Below are positions 56,774-64,000 of a stretch of 64,000 bases of DNA, in pieces. The notes under the pieces were generated by a model. The model was not told the DNA's origin and did no database searches. It saw only the letters and a list, made by a program, of their open reading frames with translations. Origin of the DNA: Gammaproteobacteria bacterium (GTDB lineage: Bacteria; Pseudomonadota; Gammaproteobacteria; Natronospirales; REEB76); contig JBOIBD010000001.1 in assembly GCA_050739415.1 (NCBI GenBank), positions 760 to 64,759 of the forward strand. The letters run 5' to 3'. Numbering within the stretch: position 1 is the stretch's first letter; each line of letters opens with the position of its first letter. The position numbers and the translations under genes were made by a program.

Positions 56774-57787
56774 TCAGCGGTCGTCGATTTTTAAAATCGT
56801 TCCGGCACGGGGATCACACACGAATACGTGCCCATCGTTGTCATCGGTAACGCAATGAGCCCTCTCGGCTGTTTTATAAACAGCGAGTGAGGTAAGTATG
56901 CCCGACGAAGCCACATTGAAAATTGTGAGCGTTCCGGCACGCGCGCCCGGCACGTATAAATGATGCAGAATCGGGCTGTAGCTGATGCTATCTATTCCGG
57001 CACCGGCCAGAATACTGGTCAGGACTTTCCCCTGGTCGTCTGGCGCGAGCGTTACGACCTTGCCTTCTCCGCAAGCCACGAACACATGATCGTCCACTTC
57101 GTCTATCGCGATACCATGCGAGCTCTTGCAGGTGTTTGGCCACTCGGCTAGCACTTTGTGAGTGCTAAGGTCCATTTCCACTGTTTTGCTTTTCCAGAGG
57201 TTGGAATACGCACGGTTACGCCGGTTGTCAATTTCCAGTGACTCCGGCCCACCGGCGATGTGAATTGCTGTTTTTGGTGTGAGCATCGGCTTCGAGTTTA
57301 CGGCTAATTTGAATACCTGGATTTGCTGTTTCCCGGGTTCTGTAACCCAGATTTCATGTGTGCGCGCCACGTAGCGCACATAGTCAGGTCCGCTTTCGAG
57401 CTTGAAACGGCCGGCGACTTTCCCAGTGCGTGGGTTGATGACCACCACCTCTGAGGGATCGTGGTCACTCGCAAACAGATAACCATCAGCATACACAGCA
57501 GAACTAGTGCCTTCGCGCCGTTGCTTTGTGTTAACCAGAGCGGTGGCCACACCGGGAATCACCGTGAGTGTGTTGGTGACCGGATCAATCATCACCAGAT
57601 TGCCAGTGTCGCCCGCCGGAATCATGACGCTATGCAGAGGTGCGGCATAGCCGATGTCGTCAAAACCGATACCGTGTTCCCCGCCCGGAATCTTGATCAC
57701 CTTCTGCGGAGCCAGCTGCGCTGACACCGCGAACGTAGACAGCGGCAATACGGCAGCAAACAGAATCGAGGGTAGTAGGATTTTCAT
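56774..57787 (-). CDS. secreted beta-propeller protein (YncE / YVTN-repeat-like)
   Basis: 337 aa; signal peptide MKILLPSILFAAVLPLSTFAVSA; repeated strands with HG/D motifs consistent with a 7-bladed propeller. Confidence 0.65.
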   Translation of the reverse strand: MKILLPSILFAAVLPLSTFAVSAQLAPQKVIKIPGGEHGIGFDDIGYAAPLHSVMIPAGDTGNLVMIDPVTNTLTVIPGVATALVNTKQRREGTSSAVYADGYLFASDHDPSEVVVINPRTGKVAGRFKLESGPDYVRYVARTHEIWVTEPGKQQIQVFKLAVNSKPMLTPKTAIHIAGGPESLEIDNRRNRAYSNLWKSKTVEMDLSTHKVLAEWPNTCKSSHGIAIDEVDDHVFVACGEGKVVTLAPDDQGKVLTSILAGAGIDSISYSPILHHLYVPGARAGTLTIFNVASSGILTSLAVYKTAERAHCVTDDNDGHVFVCDPRAGTILKIDDR

Positions 57788-58016
57788 GATTGAGGCCTCG
57801 TTATGGCTAAGGTGGAAGGCAAAATGTCCTGCGGAGTCTAATCCCGAATTTAGGTCCCTCGACAGACCGCTAAATTAAATTTCATTAATCTGCGAGTCAC
57901 CCTCATCCGAGACGAATATCAAAGTGGTGAGGGAGAAAATGAAGTCGTCCTATTTCGCTAAGACAGATAATCTGCTGAATAAGCGACTGACGGGCTCCAT
58001 AATATTTTGCCCAAGT

Positions 58017-61000
58017 TCATGCTGTTGATTTTATAGGCAGGCTACCACTACGCCTGCGGCGTCCACCCATGAGGAGATAGTAAATCACCGGCATGACGAT
58101 CAGCACTAACGGCAATTGCACCGCTTCGCCCGCGATGATGGCGATTGCCAAAGGCTGCTGCATGGCCGCGCCCCGCCCGATATCCAGTGCCAAGGGTAGC
58201 AACGCGAGAATTGTAGTCAGGGTAGTCAGTGCAATCGCCCGCATGCGATTCAAGCCGGCATCCACCAGCGCTGTTTCAAAATGTTCAGCGGGCTTCAATT
58301 CCACGAACTCCGAGAAATAGAAAATTGCCACTTCAGTAACAATGCCGATAATCATGGTCATACCCATCATGGCGGTGATGTTCAGCTCAATGCCTGTGAT
58401 CCAGAGCGCGAAGAACACAATGCCAACTGCCAACAACGGTGCTGTCATGATGGAGAGCACCACGCGAAAGCTTTCATACAGGAACAGCAACAACACGAAG
58501 ATCAGCGCCACCGCCGCCGCGAATACGATGGCCAAACCGCGGAAGGCAATTTGCTGCTGCTTGTATAGCCCGCCGAGTTGCACCTCGACATCTTTCGGAA
58601 TCAATCCGGGTGTGGCCAGTACTTTTTTTACATCATTTATGGTAGCCCCCAGACTCCGGCCGCTGATGCGTGCAGTCACGGCGAACATGCGCTTCAGGTT
58701 ATCCCGGTCTATTTCCGGCTGGCCGGTGACCGTAGTGATGGTCGCGACGCTTGACAAGGGATAGACCTTTCCGTCGGGTGCGCGGATTGGCAAGTTCCCC
58801 AATTGGCTTGTGCGTGAGCGCAAATCCGGTGGCGTCCACACGCGAATGCCGACAAATTTGACGCCTTGCTGCACCTGCGCCGCAACTGTGCCTTGCAGGT
58901 AGGTATCCAATTGTTGCGTGATGAGGGCCGGATCGAGCCCCAGCATTCCTGCCCTGGCGATGTCCACATGAATATCAAGGGCATCACCGGCATATACCAC
59001 ACCGTCAAACACGTCCACGATGCCTGGCACCCTGCTGATCGCATCGGCCACCTTTGGCGCAAGGTCCTGTATCTCCTGAGTATTGTCGCTGAAGAGCTTG
59101 ATTTCCACCGGCTGCGGCACGGAAGTCATATCGCCAATCATGTCCTCCATGAGTTGTGACAGATCAATGTCCAATCCCGGAACCTGTTCATTGATGGCGT
59201 CCCGCACTTCGTTCATGACTTTTTCGATGGACTCACGAGGGAAAGGCTTCAGGTTCACAAAGAAATCACCATTGTTGGCCTCGCTGACTCCACCGCCCAG
59301 TTGCGTGCCAGTACGCCGCGAGTAGCTCTCCACGTTTGGGTTCTGCTGCAGGATCTGCTCCACCTGCAGCAACAAACGATTGGTTTCCGCAAGCGAGGTG
59401 CCCGGAGTTGCCTGATAATCCAGAGTGAAGCCACCCTGATCCATATTCGGAAGAAAACCGCTACCAACGAAGTGATATCCCAGGATGCCCAGTGCCGCCA
59501 GCGGAATCAGGCCAGCAAGCAGCCATACCGGCCGGCGCAACAGCCGCGGCATGAGCCAGCTGTAGAACTGGTGGGCATTGCGCGCCAACCAGCCAAAATG
59601 CTCCGGTGCACCGTCCTTGTTCTTGAGCCACCAGCCTGCGAGCACCGGCACCACCAGCCAAGCGAGAAAAAATGAAAAGACAAGGGTGCTCGCCATGGTG
59701 AGAGACAAGGATTTGAAAAACGCGCCGGTGATACCGCCAAGAAATGCTAACGGTATAAAGATAATGATAGTGGATGCCGAGGAACCCATGAGCGGCCGGG
59801 TGAATTCCCGCGCCGCCCACGCGACCCGTTCGTGGGGCGGTTGTTCGCGCCTCTCGCGCAGTCGCCGTACGATGTGTTCGCACATCACCACCACATCATC
59901 TATGACCAGTCCCACGGCCGCGGCAATGCCGCCCAACGTCATGATATTGAAACTGAAATGCAATACATATAACAGCAAAATCGAGATCGCGATGGCCGAT
60001 GGCACGATCAGGATACTGATCAAGGTGATTTTGTAATTGCGCAAGAATATCAGTAGCACCAGCGCTGCCAGAATCACGCCTATGAAGATGGCATCGCGGA
60101 CACTTTTTGCTGAGGAGACGATCAGGTTGCTCTGGTCGTACCATTTACTGATTTTTACATCCGGCGGAAGTTTCGTGCGGTAGGCCTGTATCTTTTGTTC
60201 AACGTCACGGTCAATTTGTACAGTATTCGCGCCGGGTTGCTGAAAGATATTGAGCAACACTGCTCTGTGACCGTTTGAGGTAATACGAATCCACTGTGGC
60301 ACCGTCGATAGCGATACCTGCGCCACATCGCCTATGGTCACCAAACCATCTGGCCCATGCCGTAACACCACCTGTTTAATTTTCTGGATATCCTGCAAGC
60401 GTGTTTTGGACACCAACAGGAAGAGCTTGTAGTGATCTTGTAGCAGGCCCACGGCCGTAAGCACGTTGCCAGCGGATACCGTGTTCACCACATCAGCCAG
60501 CGACAAATGAAAGGCGCGCAGCTTCGCCGGGTCCACATCCACGTGATATTCCGCCTGCTGTCCACCCTGTACCATCACGCTCGCCACGCCAGTCACACGA
60601 GATAGCAGTGGCCGCAGCTGGTACAGACCAATATCCCGTAACTGCACCAGACTTTCGGTATTGGAAGTCAGGCTAAAGGCAATCACCGGAAATTCCGTCG
60701 GGTCACGACGTTCCACTGTAAAGCTAGTGCCTGCCGGTAGGTCCGGGAGCATCAAACTGATCTTGCCCTCGACTTCCAGCAGCGCCTGATACATATCCGC
60801 GCCCCAGTCGTAATTCACGGAGATTTGGGCGCTGCCTTGGCTGGTGATCGATTGCACCGACTTCACACCAGGAATTGCGCGTACGGCAATCTCGACCGGA
60901 CGAGTCACTTGTAGTTCCATCTGCGACGCGGGCCTGTCGCCGGCGTCGAGCAGTACCAGGATACGTGGCGATTGCACATCGGGCAGCATGGCCACCGGCA

Positions 61001-61094
61001 ACTTGAAGGCCGCGAATACGCCAGCGATGACCAAAGCTGCCGCCAGGAATACCAGCGAACGGCGGTGGCGTTGCAGGAACGCCGGAAAACTCAA
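58017..61094 (-). CDS. RND efflux transporter inner-membrane permease (CzcA/CusA/AcrB superfamily)
   Basis: 1025 aa, 12-TM/2-loop RND architecture. TM4 region GGIAAAVGLVIDDVVVMCEHIVRRL. Last gene of an OMF-MFP-RND (CBA-order) operon. Confidence 0.9.
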   Translation of the reverse strand: MSFPAFLQRHRRSLVFLAAALVIAGVFAAFKLPVAMLPDVQSPRILVLLDAGDRPASQMELQVTRPVEIAVRAIPGVKSVQSITSQGSAQISVNYDWGADMYQALLEVEGKISLMLPDLPAGTSFTVERRDPTEFPVIAFSLTSNTESLVQLRDIGLYQLRPLLSRVTGVASVMVQGGQQAEYHVDVDPAKLRAFHLSLADVVNTVSAGNVLTAVGLLQDHYKLFLLVSKTRLQDIQKIKQVVLRHGPDGLVTIGDVAQVSLSTVPQWIRITSNGHRAVLLNIFQQPGANTVQIDRDVEQKIQAYRTKLPPDVKISKWYDQSNLIVSSAKSVRDAIFIGVILAALVLLIFLRNYKITLISILIVPSAIAISILLLYVLHFSFNIMTLGGIAAAVGLVIDDVVVMCEHIVRRLRERREQPPHERVAWAAREFTRPLMGSSASTIIIFIPLAFLGGITGAFFKSLSLTMASTLVFSFFLAWLVVPVLAGWWLKNKDGAPEHFGWLARNAHQFYSWLMPRLLRRPVWLLAGLIPLAALGILGYHFVGSGFLPNMDQGGFTLDYQATPGTSLAETNRLLLQVEQILQQNPNVESYSRRTGTQLGGGVSEANNGDFFVNLKPFPRESIEKVMNEVRDAINEQVPGLDIDLSQLMEDMIGDMTSVPQPVEIKLFSDNTQEIQDLAPKVADAISRVPGIVDVFDGVVYAGDALDIHVDIARAGMLGLDPALITQQLDTYLQGTVAAQVQQGVKFVGIRVWTPPDLRSRTSQLGNLPIRAPDGKVYPLSSVATITTVTGQPEIDRDNLKRMFAVTARISGRSLGATINDVKKVLATPGLIPKDVEVQLGGLYKQQQIAFRGLAIVFAAAVALIFVLLLFLYESFRVVLSIMTAPLLAVGIVFFALWITGIELNITAMMGMTMIIGIVTEVAIFYFSEFVELKPAEHFETALVDAGLNRMRAIALTTLTTILALLPLALDIGRGAAMQQPLAIAIIAGEAVQLPLVLIVMPVIYYLLMGGRRRRSGSLPIKSTA

Positions 61095-62128
61095 GGAGCT
61101 TGCTCCCGGACCACCATACCGTTAGTGAGTTCGTAATTACCCAGCGTGACTACCCGGTCGCCCGCCTTGAGATCTCCGCTGACGGCGATCCAGGTCCCGT
61201 CGTCAATGCCGACTTTCACATCCACGCGATGTGCAATATGGTTCTTCACAATGAAGATGTAAGCGCCTTTTGCATCACGCAGCACCGACGAGCGCGGCAC
61301 CGCCAGCGAATGAACCTGCTGCACGATGATTTCAGCCGTAACCTGTGTGCCAGGCAGAAAAGCAGCAGCGGATTTGCCACTCACGGATGCCAATACATCC
61401 ACCAGACCACTGGTCGGATTAACCTGCCCGCCCACCTGAGTGATCTTGGTTTGTAAATCTAGTTGCGGATCAAAGGCTGAAGTGAGTGTCACCGGCATAC
61501 CGGTACCAATCATGGGCGCCTGCTGTGGAGTGACGCCCAGCCGCACAAACAAACCGCCCTGCTCCGCTAAAGTCAGCACGCTGGTATTGGCGGCTACGCG
61601 CGCGCCACTTGCGACATTCACCGCAGCCACAACGCCATCCGCTGGCGCACGTATCACCACGGCGTGACCACCGCCCATTTGCTGCTGGGCAGTGAGATTC
61701 GCCTCGGCATCAGCCAGGGCCTTTGCCGCCGCGGCTACTTGGTTTTGGGTCGCAAGTTTTTCCTTGAACAGGCTCTGGGTTCGCTTGAGCGCCGAGCGCG
61801 CGTAGTCCGCCTGTGATTTGGCCTGGGCATAGAGCACGGCGGATTCCGGCGTGGCTGCCAACGTTACCAGCGGCTGGCCGCGTTTTACCTGTGTACCGGC
61901 CATGACATCCAATTCCACTTCACTCGCGCGTGGCGCAGCGATTTCCTTGAGCTGCCGCGGACCTGGTTCGATGCTGCCGAACGTCTGCACCGTGTCCGCG
62001 ACCGTACGCTCGGTAATGCGGGTGATTTCAATCAGCGCACTGACGGGTTGACTGTTAGTCTCCGCGGCCTGGGCCAGCGACACGGTTGCCACGACCAATA
62101 CGCCTATAGATAAATACAGACGTGTCAT
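61091..62128 (-). CDS. RND efflux periplasmic adaptor subunit (MFP)
   Basis: 345 aa; signal/anchor MTRLYLSIGVLVVATVSLAQA, lipoyl/hairpin/beta-barrel pattern; 4-nt overlaps with both neighbours. Confidence 0.88.
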   Translation of the reverse strand: MTRLYLSIGVLVVATVSLAQAAETNSQPVSALIEITRITERTVADTVQTFGSIEPGPRQLKEIAAPRASEVELDVMAGTQVKRGQPLVTLAATPESAVLYAQAKSQADYARSALKRTQSLFKEKLATQNQVAAAAKALADAEANLTAQQQMGGGHAVVIRAPADGVVAAVNVASGARVAANTSVLTLAEQGGLFVRLGVTPQQAPMIGTGMPVTLTSAFDPQLDLQTKITQVGGQVNPTSGLVDVLASVSGKSAAAFLPGTQVTAEIIVQQVHSLAVPRSSVLRDAKGAYIFIVKNHIAHRVDVKVGIDDGTWIAVSGDLKAGDRVVTLGNYELTNGMVVREQAP

Positions 62129-63510
62129 GGCTGCTGCTCATTGATTGGGTGAGTGAGGTCCTGGGGCGGCAAACCCAGCAGGGTTTCCAGTGCGACATGC
62201 AATTTCTGCAGTTGGGCTCGGAGGTCTAGCGTAGCCAGTTGGCGGTTTAAGGCGGCGGTGGTCAGATCGTAATAGGCCGGAGCGGTGAGATTACCTTGCG
62301 CATATGCGCGTCGAGCGCCACTCAACATCTGGCGCGCATCCACAGCCGTCGCATCGGCTTGTCGAAGTTCATGATCCAACACGCCGAGGTCGGCGTGAAT
62401 CAGATGCACTTCACTGGCGGCTTCATCCAGCCGTTGCAGATACTGCGACCAGAGTGCGTCGCGACTGGCTTCCGCCGCGTGTACCGCCGCTGCGCCGCCG
62501 CTCAAGAATGGAAAGTTGAGGCTCACGCTGAAGCCGGTGGTATGCACGTCACTCGTATCACGAGCGCGATTGATGCCGAAACTGATGCCGGGAAACTGCG
62601 CAAGCACCGCGCGCCAGACTTCTTCATCTTGGCTTTGATAACCATATTGCAGTGCCAGAAGATCCGGACGGCGTTGTGGTAATTTCGCCAGGGCATCCTC
62701 CAACATCGCGGGTGTAGGCATGACAACGGTGTCTTGACTAGGTACCAGATCCAGCACTACATCCGGTTGCAGGCCAAGCATTTCATTCAGGGAGCGGCAG
62801 GCTGTGTTGCGGGCGGTGGCCGTTGTAGCAGTGCGTGTTTCCACGTCCTGCAACGCCGCGAGATCGAGTCCCAGTCTGTCCAGTGTCAGATCACCGTCAG
62901 CGGAAGCGCGCCGCTCGGCTGCATAACGCTGCTGCATGCCAGCACGCAGCCGGCTAAGCAGGCTCAACTTGCGCTCATTATTAAGACAATCCACATATAA
63001 CAAGCGCGCCTGCTGCGCCACTTGCCATTCCTGCCAAAGCAAATCCAAGTCCACCTGTCGGGCAGTGGCGCGCGCGGCACCTTGCGTTGCGCCGTGTGTA
63101 ACGAGCGCGGTAAGGTCATAGGCGAGACCGGCGCTGTGGGCATTCACATATTGCGGCCCCTGATTGGTAGGATGGTCCAGGCTGTAATTTATCTGCGGCC
63201 CCGGCAGCATTCCGGCCACGAACGCCTGAGCTTCACCGGCACGGGCCTGAGCACGGGCGGTTTTAAGCGCGGGATTATTCACCACGGCCAAAATGGCCAC
63301 ATCAGTCATGTCCAGGCCCTTTGATGGATCAAAAGGATGCGGCTTGAGTCCGGGCAAATGAATGTCGCTGACATCCATGCGCAGGGGCTGGATATCGTTC
63401 TGCAGGTCAGGCTTCTGCGGCAGCGGCCGGGCGTGATACAGCACGCAACCCGCTACACTACCCGCCAGCAGGCAGCAGATCAGAAACCGGCTTGTTCTGA
63501 ATAGGTACAT
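62125..63510 (-). CDS. efflux outer membrane factor lipoprotein (TolC/NodT/CzcC family)
   Basis: ORF 62125..63585(-) trimmed to ATG 63510: MYLFRTSRFLICCLLAGSVAGC (lipobox VAGC); 461 aa, duplicated OEP repeats. Confidence 0.85.
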   Translation of the reverse strand: MYLFRTSRFLICCLLAGSVAGCVLYHARPLPQKPDLQNDIQPLRMDVSDIHLPGLKPHPFDPSKGLDMTDVAILAVVNNPALKTARAQARAGEAQAFVAGMLPGPQINYSLDHPTNQGPQYVNAHSAGLAYDLTALVTHGATQGAARATARQVDLDLLWQEWQVAQQARLLYVDCLNNERKLSLLSRLRAGMQQRYAAERRASADGDLTLDRLGLDLAALQDVETRTATTATARNTACRSLNEMLGLQPDVVLDLVPSQDTVVMPTPAMLEDALAKLPQRRPDLLALQYGYQSQDEEVWRAVLAQFPGISFGINRARDTSDVHTTGFSVSLNFPFLSGGAAAVHAAEASRDALWSQYLQRLDEAASEVHLIHADLGVLDHELRQADATAVDARQMLSGARRAYAQGNLTAPAYYDLTTAALNRQLATLDLRAQLQKLHVALETLLGLPPQDLTHPINEQQP

Positions 63511-63661
63511 CGATCCAGCGTGAATTCCAATGATGCAGTAGCGTGCAGGCCATGATTTTAAGTGCTGTATGCCTGGATTACTCATTTATATTGATTAACA
63601 CTTGGTAATGTTGCAGCGGTATGGATGGATGAGAGACAGGGATTTGACCTATGCTTAAGCG

Positions 63662-64000
63662 ATGCATCTGCTCATCATCGAAGACGATACTGAGACCGCC
63701 TCGCACTTAGTGAAAGGTCTGCGGGAAAATGGTCACACGGCGGAAAGGGCTGCCACCGGACCAGATGGACTGCAGAAAGCCGCAGCATCCAATTACGATG
63801 CGCTCATCGTAGACCGCATGCTTCCGGGACTGGATGGCTTGAGCGTGGTGCGGGATTTGCGCGCTACCGGCAATAACACACCTGCCCTGTTCCTTACCGC
63901 ACTCGCAGATGTGAACGATCGGGTCATCGGACTGCAGAGTGGTGGCGATGATTATCTCGCCAAGCCTTTTGCCTTCGCCGAACTGCTGGCGAGGCTCGAG
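63662..64000 (+). CDS. OmpR-family response regulator (heavy-metal CusR/CopR/CzcR-like), N-terminal 113 codons; runs off the right edge
   Basis: Hand translation from ATG 63662: MHLLIIEDDTETASHLVKGLRENGH...DALIVDRMLPGLDG...DDYLAKPFAFAELLARLE. The receiver domain ends with the KPFAFAELLAR motif common in metal-responsive regulators. Confidence 0.85.
   Translation, partial: MHLLIIEDDTETASHLVKGLRENGHTAERAATGPDGLQKAAASNYDALIVDRMLPGLDGLSVVRDLRATGNNTPALFLTALADVNDRVIGLQSGGDDYLAKPFAFAELLARLE

Overview
64-kb chromosomal segment of a moderately GC-rich Gram-negative bacterium. Gene content and order (pfp next to hppA, pcm-rhodanese-tolC, waaA/hldE/lpxL/kdkA) look beta- or gamma-proteobacterial and resemble Nitrosomonadaceae-type chemolithotrophs; this is inference, not verified. 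I can support about 62 protein-coding genes, one TPP riboswitch, two good intrinsic terminators, a few sigma70-like promoters or operators, one gene remnant and five families of short palindromic REP/MITE-like repeats. I recognised no rRNA, tRNA, CRISPR array, transposase or integrase. The backbone is ilvE, cpdA, thiD-thiE, hemL, mpl, rnd, adk, pfp-hppA, thiC, tolC and LPS inner-core genes. Less ordinary content: (i) An 11-gene minus-strand module at 37.7-48.3 kb: LytS-type kinase, LytTR regulator, HlyD adaptor, one ABC ATPase, three FtsX-type permeases, a lipoprotein and two secreted TPR paralogues. This is my best candidate for an undescribed system. (ii) A patchy-composition islet at 31.6-35.4 kb with a MITE, a TerB + zinc-ribbon + unknown-domain protein and a DinJ-YafQ toxin-antitoxin pair. 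(iii) A duplicated gene 3' end flanking a membrane-anchored XRE regulator. (iv) An adenylate kinase with a histone-H1-like lysine-rich tail. (v) A thiC TPP riboswitch carrying an insertion of about 148 nt. (vi) A sulfur module, two translationally coupled enzyme pairs, an AT-rich single-gene insert and a CBA-order RND efflux operon. All functional calls rest on motif and family recognition by eye; no database search was possible.
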